DNA of 43,721 nucleotides from a virus. Of the stretch, positions 13,612 to 23,018 are shown one piece after another. Below the pieces are notes generated by a model that was not told where the DNA came from, did no database searches, and saw nothing but the letters and a program-made list of their open reading frames with translations. The stretch lies in the IMG/VR virus record IMGVR_UViG_3300035146_000036; one strand, 5' to 3'. Numbering within the stretch: the stretch's first letter is position 1; each line of letters starts with the position of its first letter. The position numbers and the translations under genes were made by a program.

Positions 13612-14193
13612 ATGGAATATAAAAATGGAGATTTTCGTGTTTGGTGGATACCACAGGTTCCTATGGAGGCTTTTTATGTATATGTTCAGTCTTTAGTTGA
13701 AGCGAAGAAGATTTTAACTGTTTTGGCTGATTATGACATGTTTCAGTATAATAATAATGTTAAACCAGATTATTGTAATGTAGGAGGTCTTCAAATATAT
13801 GAGGAAGGGGAATGGTTTGATTGGGAATCTGAAGATGGTGAATCTATAGATAAGTTAAGTATTTTTGAACTTGAAAGACTTAATGCTTGTGTATGTGAAT
13901 ATGATAATATTCCTGATGCTATTTTGTTAGCTATTAATAATCATGTTTTAAGAGGACAACATTGTGGTCATTTTGTTACGGCTGTACTCAGTAATGATTT
14001 GATAGAAGCAGTTAATAGGGCTGATGATGAATGTCAGAAGTGTTTACGGTCAATTGTTAGATATTTATATAATAGATGTCCAGGTGGGTGTTGGGGATCA
14101 AAAAAGGAGATGGAAGAATGGAGGAAAAATGGTGGAACAGAAGGAAAGGAAGTTGGAGATATAGGAGGTTTGATTTATCCAAGAGGGATTTGA
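13612..14193 (+). CDS. hypothetical Cys-rich protein (193 aa)
   Basis: ORF. Confidence 0.6.
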   Translation: MEYKNGDFRVWWIPQVPMEAFYVYVQSLVEAKKILTVLADYDMFQYNNNVKPDYCNVGGLQIYEEGEWFDWESEDGESIDKLSIFELERLNACVCEYDNIPDAILLAINNHVLRGQHCGHFVTAVLSNDLIEAVNRADDECQKCLRSIVRYLYNRCPGGCWGSKKEMEEWRKNGGTEGKEVGDIGGLIYPRGI

Positions 14194-14195
14194 TT

Positions 14196-14906
14196 ATGAA
14201 AACTATGAAAATAATAATAATAAGTATAATTTTATCTATTTCAATTAAATCTGAATCATACAGTTTATATGAGACTAGTGAAGGTAAAAATGCAAGATGG
14301 AGGGAATCATATATTGAGATAGTTTTAGATGATAGTATGGAAGGAATTGGGGATAAAAATGATGTTGAATATATTATTAAGGAATCGTTTAATTTATGGA
14401 TAAATGATGCTAATTTACCATTTTTTATTGAAATATTTTGGGATGATTGTAGTGAAACATTGAATGATGATGATAATTGTATATTTGTCGTTTATGAAGA
14501 TTGTAATAGACCAAAAAATAAAGCTGCTACTACATATCTTAATGTTATTCCATCTACTGGAAAGATTATCGGATTTGATGTAATAATTAATGCAGAGGAT
14601 TGGGATTGGGATTTGTTTTGTAAAGACAAAGATGGTCTTTGTTTGCAAAGAGTAATGTTGCATGAATTTGGACACATATTAGGAATAAGTCATTCTGATA
14701 ATCATGACGCAATAATGTATAAATCATTATTGAACAAATATGATAAAGTAAAAGAACTACATCAAGATGATATTGATGCAGCAGATGCATTATATTCTAA
14801 TTTTATTGTTGAAGAACGAGATTTTTATGAATTAGCATGTTCGTCATCTATTATTGGAAATGATAATTCGAATAGTATTTTTGATTTATTTTTATTGTTT
14901 TTATAA
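14196..14906 (+). CDS. secreted metzincin/matrixin-like zinc metalloprotease (HEFGHxLGxxHS + Met-turn)
   Basis: N-terminal hydrophobic signal MKTMKIIIISIILSISI; HEFGHILGISHSDNHDAIMY motif; SD agaggga. Confidence 0.65.
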   Translation: MKTMKIIIISIILSISIKSESYSLYETSEGKNARWRESYIEIVLDDSMEGIGDKNDVEYIIKESFNLWINDANLPFFIEIFWDDCSETLNDDDNCIFVVYEDCNRPKNKAATTYLNVIPSTGKIIGFDVIINAEDWDWDLFCKDKDGLCLQRVMLHEFGHILGISHSDNHDAIMYKSLLNKYDKVKELHQDDIDAADALYSNFIVEERDFYELACSSSIIGNDNSNSIFDLFLLFL

Positions 14907-14915
14907 GGAGATTTA

Positions 14916-15431
14916 ATGCTTTTTGTGACTTCAGACCATCATTTTGGTCATAAAAAAATAATAGAATATGAAAATAGACCTTTTTCATCTGTTGAAGAAA
15001 TGGATGAAGTTTTAATAAGGCGATGGAATGAGGTTGTAGGTCATGAAGATATAGTATTTTATCTTGGAGATTTTATGTTCTATGGGTCAAAGAGAAAAGC
15101 TATTGATATATTGAATCGATTAAATGGACGAAAGAATCTTATTATCCTTGGAAATCATGATAGATGTCGTAACATAGGATGGTGGGAAAGAATTGGGTTT
15201 AGACAGGCTTTGGATTGCAAATATATTTTAGGAAGGGTTATTTTGTCTCATGAACCTATACTTTATGATATAGGGGATTTCCATAATATTCATGGACATA
15301 TACATTCAGATAAATTGTCTGAAGCAAGAAATAGTAATAAACATTTTAATGTATCGGTTGATGCAACAGGATATAGACCAGTTTCAATGGATAGAATATT
15401 AGCATCAATTCAGGGAAGAGAAGATGGGTAA
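14916..15431 (+). CDS. calcineurin-like metallophosphoesterase
   Basis: DHHFGH ... GDF ... GNHD ... GHIH motifs. Confidence 0.7.
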   Translation: MLFVTSDHHFGHKKIIEYENRPFSSVEEMDEVLIRRWNEVVGHEDIVFYLGDFMFYGSKRKAIDILNRLNGRKNLIILGNHDRCRNIGWWERIGFRQALDCKYILGRVILSHEPILYDIGDFHNIHGHIHSDKLSEARNSNKHFNVSVDATGYRPVSMDRILASIQGREDG

Positions 15432-15624
15432 GAAAAAACATAGTACAAGAAGAATGTATAGACAAAGACGAAAGGATAAGGAGAATCATTTATTGTTTGA
15501 AGATGATTTTTATTTAGAAAGAAAATGTAAAATATGCGGTGCAAGTCCTGTTTTACCTAAAACTGGTATATGTTTGGCTTGTACATATGGTGAAATTGAA
15601 GAAAGGGTTGAAGATGAGTTTTAA
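15424..15624 (+). CDS. small zinc-finger protein (66 aa)
   Basis: CKICG...CLAC; overlaps upstream stop. Confidence 0.5.
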   Translation: MGKKKHSTRRMYRQRRKDKENHLLFEDDFYLERKCKICGASPVLPKTGICLACTYGEIEERVEDEF

Positions 15625-16357
15625 GATGAATGTTGTAACGGTTGAGGCTACTTTGTTGGAAGAAATGCTTGGGATGTCGCCAGATCCTAATATATATGGT
15701 GAATTTATAGCAAAAAATGCTCCAGATTCAAAGAAAATGAAGGAAGAAATGGAAGCATTAACAAAAGATCTTTCTCCTGAAGAAGCTGCTAAGATAATTC
15801 TTGATAAAGGAACAACCGTTTTCCCACGTGATGAAGATGGTATACCAATTATGTGGGATTTCCAAATGAAGGGAAATTTTAAAGATGTTTGTGGAATGCT
15901 GTATCGTGCCGAAGGTACATTATCTTCAAAATTTACAGCATACAAAAAGAAGATTGATGGTTTGATTTTTGTGAAACCACGAAAGATTAGATTGCTTGTG
16001 CCAGATGGTGGAAAGATTGGTGAATGTCAACGTCCATTAAGAGCCCAAACGGCTCGAGGTGAGATTACAGCGTTAGCAAATAGTGAAACGGTTCCAGCAG
16101 GAACTAAACTTGTTTTTGATATTGAGTATATGGATTTGAAGGGGAAAGCACCGAAGATTGTAAAAAAAGGGGGTAAAACAGTAAAAGATGAAGATGGAAA
16201 TATTGTTTGGACAAAATCAGAAATGCTTGAAACTATTAAAGAATGGCTTAATTATGGTGCTTATCGCGGTCTTGGACAATGGAGAAATAGTGGAAAGGGA
16301 ATATATGAATATAAAATAATTGAAGTTAATATGTGTGATGAAAATCATTGGAATTGA
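15614..16357 (+). CDS. hypothetical protein (247 aa)
   Basis: ATG 15614; function unknown. Confidence 0.6.
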   Translation: MSFKMNVVTVEATLLEEMLGMSPDPNIYGEFIAKNAPDSKKMKEEMEALTKDLSPEEAAKIILDKGTTVFPRDEDGIPIMWDFQMKGNFKDVCGMLYRAEGTLSSKFTAYKKKIDGLIFVKPRKIRLLVPDGGKIGECQRPLRAQTARGEITALANSETVPAGTKLVFDIEYMDLKGKAPKIVKKGGKTVKDEDGNIVWTKSEMLETIKEWLNYGAYRGLGQWRNSGKGIYEYKIIEVNMCDENHWN

Positions 16358-16376
16358 AAATGACTTTGAATTTACT

Positions 16377-16413
16377 GTTGTGTCGCCTCATTAAATGGGG
16401 CGTGGATTGAAAC
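16377..16413 (+). repeat. solitary CRISPR-repeat-like unit 3: GTTGTGTCGCCTCATTAAATGGGGCGTGGATTGAAAC
   Basis: 37-nt unit with hairpin cgcctc/ggggcg and an ATTGAAAC 3' end. Confidence 0.45.
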
Positions 16414-17276
16414 GAAAAGGATAAGAAGACAGATGATCTGATTGTTGAGAATGGAAAAGAAGAGGAGAAGAATCGAGAAGAATCGACACGAAAAGAAATG
16501 GATAGGACTCGATAGGATAAGAATAGGAAAGGCGAGGAGTGGATTAGGTGAGAAAAGGAGATGAGTTCAACGGAGCGTATTGAGATGAAAAGAAAAGGAA
16601 GAGAGCATAAATGTTCCGACTAGAAAAGGAATAGAGATGACGAGTCTTGTGCGGAAAAGGAAATGAAATATATAGAACTGTTTTGTAGTGAACTGAAAAT
16701 GAATGGAAGTTACTAGAGAGGTTAAGATTTGAATTGAAAAGGATATTTGTTTGCGAACTCGAGTTCATTTTTAAGAAAAGGAAAGGATTCGAATCGGGAT
16801 GACTGGATTGGAAAGGAATAGGAGGGGATCCGAGGCGATAAGAACAGATTGGATTAGAAATGGAGTAGAACGGACTTGAGCTAAACTGAAAAGGAAGGGA
16901 ATAGACGCTAGTTGAGATGAAAGGATAAGGATTAGTCCTGACATGAACTGAGATGAGACGAAATGGATCTGTGTTGAGGCGATTGGTTGAGAGAGGAAAA
17001 GGAATAGAGAACACTGGAATTGAATGGAAATAAAATGGAAGGGAAAGGAAAGGCGTCGAGCGGAGATGATGAGAAATGGTGTGGAGAAGAACGGAGTCGA
17101 AGTGAATAGGTTATAGAGGAAAAGGAAAAGATAGGAAGAGAATAGATTCGAGCAGAGAAGGATTCGAGAGGAATTGAACTGATGTGAAGTGATATGGAAC
17201 AGAATAGAGCATTGCAGAGCAAAATGTAGAAGAGCAGAAAAGGAATAGAAGGGATTGGAGCAGAAAAGGAATTGGA
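16414..17276 (+). repeat. ~860-bp strand-biased GA-rich non-coding island with degenerate GAAAAGGAATAGA-type repeats
   Basis: No + strand ORF; ~17 copies of GAAAAGG(A) motifs. Only low-complexity minus ORFs are present. Confidence 0.6.
16754..16767. promoter_or_regulatory. palindrome CGAACTCGAGTTCa (copy 4, 13/14) inside the GA-rich island
   Basis: Sequence match. Confidence 0.45.
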
Positions 17277-17323
17277 TTTTAAAAATGTTGATTTTGTATT
17301 ATAATTGAGTAATAATATTTGTT

Positions 17324-17656
17324 ATGAAACTTCCAGCAACAGTACCAACTTTAGTTTCTGTAGAAAGCTCTAATGTTGAAGCGGTTGGATATGATCCAAA
17401 GAAGAGATATTTGTATATTCAATTTTTGCCTAGTGAGAAAGGTCAACGTAGTACAGTATATAGATATTCGAATGTACAAGAGCAAATTTATAATAGGTTT
17501 TTGAGAGCCCCTAGTAAGGGTATGTTTGTATGGGCAAATATACGGGATAAGTATCCATATGCTAAATGGACTGGATTTGGTTGGAGAAAAGAAACTGCAT
17601 TGAAGAGGATGTCTACTCAGAAGAAAAGTAGAAAGCAATATTGGCGAAAAAGATAA
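17324..17656 (+). CDS. KTSC-domain protein
   Basis: SSNVEAVGYDP...LYIQF...VYRYSNV...FL.A.SKG motifs of KTSC (PF13619). Confidence 0.6.
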   Translation: MKLPATVPTLVSVESSNVEAVGYDPKKRYLYIQFLPSEKGQRSTVYRYSNVQEQIYNRFLRAPSKGMFVWANIRDKYPYAKWTGFGWRKETALKRMSTQKKSRKQYWRKR

Positions 17657-17696
17657 TTAGTTGGATGCTAATTAGGAAAGATGAAAAGGTTGAAAA

Positions 17697-18398
17697 ATGA
17701 ACAAATTGTTAGTATATGCTAAAAAAATATCAGAAGATATGAATCGTTCTTTTTGGAAATTAGGGGAGGTTTTATTAGAAATTAAGGCTAATAATACATA
17801 TGAAGAAATTGGGTATAGTTCGTTTAAAGATTTTTGTAGTGGAGAACTTCGCTGCACTTGTAGAACAGTGCAGATGTCTATGGTATTGTATAAGTGGAAA
17901 ATGTCATTTAAGAATGTTGCTGCTAGAAAATGGATAGAAACGATGCCTTGGTCATATACGAATGTGTATTACAAACTTATAAATTCTGATAACTGGAGAG
18001 ATTGGAAAAATGAATATAATAAGATGAATAATGGAAAGAAATTTTATGACGTAATGGTTGAATATAAGCAGAAACTTAAAAAGGTAAATTGTTTGAAAAA
18101 AAGAGGTATTTCTGTTGATGAGTTAAATGAATTCATGGATGAGATGAATTTTACAGAAGACCCCATTTTGTATTTGAGAAATATTAGATTAAATGATGAA
18201 AGTGTTTCTAATAAATTGGGTTTAAATGTTGGTAATATTAGGAATAATACTAAATACGTACGTTGTGCAATTCCAGTTGATGTTTATTTAAAGATAGTTG
18301 AGAAGTCAAAAGAATCTGGAGTTACAATAAGTCAGGAAATATCTGATGTTTTGACGGTTTTATATAGAGGAGAAGATAAATTAAATAGGGTTTCTTAA
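17697..18398 (+). CDS. hypothetical protein (233 aa)
   Basis: ORF. Confidence 0.6.
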   Translation: MNKLLVYAKKISEDMNRSFWKLGEVLLEIKANNTYEEIGYSSFKDFCSGELRCTCRTVQMSMVLYKWKMSFKNVAARKWIETMPWSYTNVYYKLINSDNWRDWKNEYNKMNNGKKFYDVMVEYKQKLKKVNCLKKRGISVDELNEFMDEMNFTEDPILYLRNIRLNDESVSNKLGLNVGNIRNNTKYVRCAIPVDVYLKIVEKSKESGVTISQEISDVLTVLYRGEDKLNRVS

Positions 18399-19144
18399 TG
18401 TCATCTAATTTGTTTCCGTTTTTTACATATTATGGTGGCAAATGGAGGCTTTCATTATCATATGATGCTCCATTATATAATAGAATAATAGAACCATTTG
18501 CTGGCTCTGCTGGGTATTCAGTTAGGTATTATTATAAGGATGTTCTTCTTTATGATTTAGATGAAAAAATTTGTATATTATGGGATTATTTGATTAATGC
18601 TAGTGAATCAGATATTCTTTCTTTGCCTACAGATTTTGATAATGTTGATGATTTATCAGTATCAGAAGGTGCTAAATATTTGATAGGATTTTGGTTGAGT
18701 AAAGGGTCTGACCATCCTTGTAAATTGCCATCTAAATGGATGAAAGGTGGTACACGACCTAAATCTTTTTGGAGTATATATATTAAGAATAGGATAGCAC
18801 GTCAGTTGAGGTATATAAGACATTGGAAAATAGTTAATAAATCGTATGTTGAAATAGAAAATGAAAATGCTACATGGTTTATAGACCCACCATATGTTGA
18901 TGCAGGTAAATATTATCATTATGGTTCTAGTCGTTTAAATTATGAAAAATTGGCTAATTGGTCGATTGAAAGACATGGTCAAGTTATAGTTTGTGAAAAT
19001 TATGGTGCTAAATGGCTTGATTTTAATCGTTTGTGTGATTCTAATAGTACTATTGTCAAGGATGGAGAAAGGCGGAAAAGTAGTGAAGTTGTTTATTATC
19101 AAATAGATGGTTATAAAGGTGGTAGGCAATTAGGTTTATTTTGA
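18398..19144 (+). CDS. Dam-like DNA N6-adenine methyltransferase (D12 class)
   Basis: YYGGKWRL, EPFAGSAG (motif I), DPPY (motif IV). Confidence 0.75.
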   Translation: MSSNLFPFFTYYGGKWRLSLSYDAPLYNRIIEPFAGSAGYSVRYYYKDVLLYDLDEKICILWDYLINASESDILSLPTDFDNVDDLSVSEGAKYLIGFWLSKGSDHPCKLPSKWMKGGTRPKSFWSIYIKNRIARQLRYIRHWKIVNKSYVEIENENATWFIDPPYVDAGKYYHYGSSRLNYEKLANWSIERHGQVIVCENYGAKWLDFNRLCDSNSTIVKDGERRKSSEVVYYQIDGYKGGRQLGLF

Positions 19145-19160
19145 ATTATGGTGGATTTAT

Positions 19161-20309
19161 ATGTTTGAGAAACCAGTTGATTTGTTTTGTGGTGAATGTT
19201 TATCAGTTATTAAAGAGTTTGAAGATAATTGTATAGATTCTATAGTTACAGACCCACCATATGGCATTAAATTTATGTCAAAAAAATGGGATTATAGTGT
19301 TCCATCTGTTGATATATGGAAAGAGTGTTTGAGAGTATTAAAACCTGGAGGACATTTACTTTCATTTGGTGGTGTCAGAACATATCACAGACTTGTTGTG
19401 AATATAGAAGATGCTGGATTTGAAATATTGGACCAAATTCAATGGATATTTGGTAATGGATTTCCTAAGAGCAAATATTCTTTAAAGCCAGCTAATGAAC
19501 CTATTTGTTTGGCAAGGAAAAAATATATTGGTTCTATTAAAGATAATATTGGAGTTTATAATACTGGTGGGTTAAATATAGATGATTCTAGAATATTAAC
19601 TGATGATAATATTAAGTTTAAAGAAAGAAAGAGTGATTATATAGGTATAGGTACATTTATGAAAAAGGCTGGAGTAGTATATATTCCAAATGAAGATGGT
19701 AGATGGCCATCAAACATTATTTTATCTCATCATCCTGATTGTGAATTTTTAGGATATAAAAAGGTAAGAAATAAAAGTGGTTCATTATCTGGACTTGAAC
19801 CATCTAAACCAGGGAAAAATGTATATTCTCAATTTGATTATAGAGGGTCTTGGATTAGACATGGTGATGAAAATGGATTTGAAACGATAGAAGATTGGAA
19901 ATGTCATCCAGCATGTCCAGTTAGGTTGATGGGCAATAAAGCTAGATTTTTTTATTGTTCAAAAGCCAAGAAAAAAGACCGTGATGACGGGTTGAATAGT
20001 AGTAGACCACAATTTAAACATGGAATGTTATTGAGTGATTGTAGAAATAGAGAATTTATTGGGAATTTTCATGAAACAGTAAAGCCTACAGATTTAATGA
20101 AATATTTGTGTAGGCTTGTAACTCAAATGGATGGGGTTATTTTGGACCCATTTATGGGATCTGGGTCGACTGGTAGAGGGGCAGTGATGGAGGGATTTAA
20201 TTTTGTTGGTATAGAAATTGATAGGGAGTATTTTGAATTAGCAAAATCAAGGATTAATGCAGCTATGAGAAAAAGACAGATGCGATTATTTGATGATATT
20301 GACGTATGA
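19161..20309 (+). CDS. DNA N6-adenine/N4-cytosine methyltransferase (N6_N4_Mtase family, beta-class order)
   Basis: N-terminal DPPYG and C-terminal FMGSGSTG SAM-binding motif. Confidence 0.75.
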   Translation: MFEKPVDLFCGECLSVIKEFEDNCIDSIVTDPPYGIKFMSKKWDYSVPSVDIWKECLRVLKPGGHLLSFGGVRTYHRLVVNIEDAGFEILDQIQWIFGNGFPKSKYSLKPANEPICLARKKYIGSIKDNIGVYNTGGLNIDDSRILTDDNIKFKERKSDYIGIGTFMKKAGVVYIPNEDGRWPSNIILSHHPDCEFLGYKKVRNKSGSLSGLEPSKPGKNVYSQFDYRGSWIRHGDENGFETIEDWKCHPACPVRLMGNKARFFYCSKAKKKDRDDGLNSSRPQFKHGMLLSDCRNREFIGNFHETVKPTDLMKYLCRLVTQMDGVILDPFMGSGSTGRGAVMEGFNFVGIEIDREYFELAKSRINAAMRKRQMRLFDDIDV

Positions 20310-20333
20310 GTTTTATAAAGGTAATATTGATAC

Positions 20334-20561
20334 ATGAAACTTTATTTGGTTACATCTCAAGCTAATGAAAAAAGTACAGATGGTGTTTTGTTGAAGGCAC
20401 GTGTTAGATGTTTTGGATGTTTTACAAGTAGTTCTTTTGCAGATGGAATTGCATTAAAACATGATGCAATTGTTAAAGAACTTATTTTGGATAAAGAATA
20501 TGTTCCACAGGATAAAGTTGTTCTTCAAGAATGGTTGAATCCTGGATATGTTGAGGATTGA
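20334..20561 (+). CDS. hypothetical protein (75 aa)
   Basis: ORF. Confidence 0.45.
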   Translation: MKLYLVTSQANEKSTDGVLLKARVRCFGCFTSSSFADGIALKHDAIVKELILDKEYVPQDKVVLQEWLNPGYVED

Positions 20562-20574
20562 TTTTGGTGATAAT

Positions 20575-20790
20575 ATGGCTGTTGGGTTGCTTGAGTCATT
20601 TGGTTTGGTTGAAAATTTCGGTAAAGAAGCAATTGATAATGGAGTAATTTCTGTTGATGATGTAATATTTGTTGCAGGAGCAAAGAAGAAAAAAGGTTGT
20701 CGTTCTATTTCGTCAAGATTGACTGTTGAAGATAGTAATCGTGTTATGGAAATAGGACAGTTGATTAAGAAATGGAAGGATATAAGATGA
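20575..20790 (+). CDS. hypothetical protein (71 aa)
   Basis: ATG 20575. Confidence 0.45.
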   Translation: MAVGLLESFGLVENFGKEAIDNGVISVDDVIFVAGAKKKKGCRSISSRLTVEDSNRVMEIGQLIKKWKDIR

Positions 20791-21146
20791 AAATAAAACC
20801 GTTTCATGATAATGTATTTGTGGAGAGAGATGAACCAGAGGAAAAGAAATCACCTGGTGGTATTGTACTTCCTTTGAATACTAAAGAAGTTCCAGATACT
20901 GCTGTTGTTTTGGCTGTTGGTCCTGGTAGGGTAATGTCTGATGGAACACTTGTTATTCCTGATGTAAAAGTTGGTGATAGGATTTTTATTGGAAGATATT
21001 CAGGTACAGAGATAAATTTTGGTCGTGAGAAACGTGTTGTTATACCTTGGAGTGATATTTTAGGTATAGTTGAAGACGAAGTTGAAGACGAAGTTGAAGA
21101 CGAAGTTGAAGACGAAGTTGAAGATGAAGTTGAAGATAAAGAATAA
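20787..21146 (+). CDS. groES: GroES co-chaperonin homolog with C-terminal (EDEV)5 acidic repeat tail
   Basis: IKPFHDNVFVER...GGIVLP...AVGPGR...VKVGDRIFIGRYSGTE matches Cpn10; 12-bp tandem repeat 21072-21143. Confidence 0.8.
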   Translation: MKIKPFHDNVFVERDEPEEKKSPGGIVLPLNTKEVPDTAVVLAVGPGRVMSDGTLVIPDVKVGDRIFIGRYSGTEINFGREKRVVIPWSDILGIVEDEVEDEVEDEVEDEVEDEVEDKE

Positions 21147-21371
21147 TTTTGTTGTTTTGGTTATCTATTAAATAGATACTTTGCGGGATGCAAGTCGAAG
21201 TATATGTGTTTTGGAAAGATTGAAATGTTGTTAAAATGAAAGATGATAATTGGATACGTGGATTTGATGGTAAAATATTAGTGCCAAATAGTAGGGACTT
21301 TTCATTTCAATTTAGAATAGTGATAGGTCTTATTATTTTTTTTATACTGGTATGGTTAACAAGTGGGTAAA

Positions 21372-21707
21372 ATGAAAGATTATAATAAAGTATATGGATT
21401 TTGTCGTGGGTGTGAAAAATACGTACTTAGAGATGATATGATTTCTACTAATATGACTGTTTACGGGAAAGGAGTGGATGAGAAGGCTGAAATTATCAGA
21501 TTCCGCCTATGTCCATCTTGTCATAAGAAACAAATGACAAAATGGAAGTCAATTGAATGGGATTATAAAATAAAGCATGCATGCGAAATTATGGTTAGTA
21601 AGTATTTGTCTGGTCAGTGTGATGAAATAGATTTTGATGATCAAGACCAAAATGCTATGTTTGAAGTATCAAAATTGATGGAGAGTAGAAAAAAGCGTAG
21701 AAGATAG
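21372..21707 (+). CDS. hypothetical Cys-containing protein (111 aa)
   Basis: CRGC...CPSC motifs. Confidence 0.5.
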   Translation: MKDYNKVYGFCRGCEKYVLRDDMISTNMTVYGKGVDEKAEIIRFRLCPSCHKKQMTKWKSIEWDYKIKHACEIMVSKYLSGQCDEIDFDDQDQNAMFEVSKLMESRKKRRR

Positions 21708-21770
21708 TTATTTGACGATAGAATTGATGTGTTTTATACTTTGGTTGCAGTTTTGAATAGGAGGATATAT

Positions 21771-22379
21771 ATGTTTTTGAAATTTATAAAGTTTTTGTTT
21801 TGTTTTTCAATGTTTGTTTGTAGTTTTGTTGTTAATGCTGATAGTAATATAGATGGTATTTCTAATGTTTCTGTTTCAAAGAATAGGCCGATTCCTAAGA
21901 CAGAATGGGATGATAGTGTAAAATTATGGGTTGCTAGAAGTTGTGCTGGTGAGGCTGGTTTTGATGCTGTTGATGAATGTATAGGAATTGCTTGGGTATA
22001 TGCTACAAGATGGAAAGGTGCTAAAAATTCAAAGATGAAATTTGTTGACGTTGTAAGGAAATATTCTGCTGCTATAAAGTATCGTAGCACGCATACCAGA
22101 AGATGGATTTTGAATTTGAATTTAAAAGGCAAGAAACCGGTTGGATGGCCACATAGACTTAAATGGAGTAATCATAGAGACATGTGGAATGATATTTTAT
22201 CTGCTTTAGAAGACTGGTCAAAAGGTGGAAAACCGAATCCTGTGTTAGGTGCTGATCATTTCGGTGGCAAAATGGATAAACCTGGGAGATATTGGGTTAG
22301 GATTGTTCCATCAAATGGTATGAAATTTAGAAATAGATTTTATAGGTCTCCTTGGGCACCTCCTGTCTTAGTGGATTAA
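21771..22379 (+). CDS. secreted cell-wall hydrolase, SleB/CwlJ (Hydrolase_2)-like
   Basis: Signal peptide; LWVARSCAGEAGFDAVDECIGIAWV resembles the SleB catalytic region. Confidence 0.5.
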   Translation: MFLKFIKFLFCFSMFVCSFVVNADSNIDGISNVSVSKNRPIPKTEWDDSVKLWVARSCAGEAGFDAVDECIGIAWVYATRWKGAKNSKMKFVDVVRKYSAAIKYRSTHTRRWILNLNLKGKKPVGWPHRLKWSNHRDMWNDILSALEDWSKGGKPNPVLGADHFGGKMDKPGRYWVRIVPSNGMKFRNRFYRSPWAPPVLVD

Positions 22380-22382
22380 TTG

Positions 22383-22396
22383 CGAACTCGAGTTCG
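22383..22396. promoter_or_regulatory. palindrome CGAACTCGAGTTCG (copy 5)
   Basis: Perfect copy, 15 nt upstream of ATG 22411. Confidence 0.6.
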
Positions 22397-22410
22397 TTGC
22401 AAGGTTGAAA

Positions 22411-22701
22411 ATGGATGAAAAAGTTGAAAATGTAAAAATTGTTTGGAAATCACAGGCTGCAATTAATGCTTTTGAGCATTTGTCTAGCAATGCTTATTTG
22501 GAAAGACGTACAATTGATAATGAAATAAGTGATTCTAAACAGTCTTTATATGAAAAAATTGTTTTAAGAATGCAATCGGCAAAAATGTTTCAGGATTTGA
22601 TTGGAATAGCTTATCAAACAGCTATGTCAGTTGAGAGTTCTGCTTTAAACAATCAAGCTGTTATTGCTAGAATGTTTGTTGATGAATTTGAAGATGACTA
22701 A
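22411..22701 (+). CDS. hypothetical protein (96 aa)
   Basis: ORF. Confidence 0.5.
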   Translation: MDEKVENVKIVWKSQAAINAFEHLSSNAYLERRTIDNEISDSKQSLYEKIVLRMQSAKMFQDLIGIAYQTAMSVESSALNNQAVIARMFVDEFEDD

Positions 22702-23017
22702 TGAAATAAAATTGAATCCATTGTGTATGGACCAAAAGGAATATGTTCGTGAGCGTTTTAAAGAAATGCCAAAAGATGTGATTAATTTTTTTTGTTTTAA
22801 ATATGATGATGCTCGTGTTTCAATCGAAAATGAATTTCGTGCAGAGTGGTACCGATTTAGACATGATGCCATTCAAGAATTAGTTTTTTCTTTGGATAAA
22901 AAATATAGAGCAGCTAAAAATATATTGATAAAAAAAGGAATGTCGAAGGAAGAAGTTGATTTAGCAATTGACAAGGAATCCTTGACAGTTGGTGATTTAG
23001 GTATAGTGGATTTTTGA
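22694..23017 (+). CDS. hypothetical protein (107 aa)
   Basis: ATG 22694, 3 nt before the upstream stop (22699-22701; short start-stop overlap). Confidence 0.55.
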   Translation: MTNEIKLNPLCMDQKEYVRERFKEMPKDVINFFCFKYDDARVSIENEFRAEWYRFRHDAIQELVFSLDKKYRAAKNILIKKGMSKEEVDLAIDKESLTVGDLGIVDF

Positions 23018-23018
23018 T

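Noticed and set aside
14415-14790. Minus-strand ORFs inside the metalloprotease gene
   Set aside because: Antisense to a gene with strong motif support; AT-rich chance ORFs.
5287-16413. CRISPR array
   Set aside because: The three repeat-like units are 3-8 kb apart with genes between them, and their stems differ; no repeat-spacer periodicity, so this is not an array.
16544-17222. Minus-strand ORFs 16544..17014 and 16932..17222 (S/P/F-rich)
   Set aside because: Low-complexity translations of the CT-rich complement of the GA-rich repeat island, on the opposite strand to every flanking gene; retained only as a possibility in the finding.
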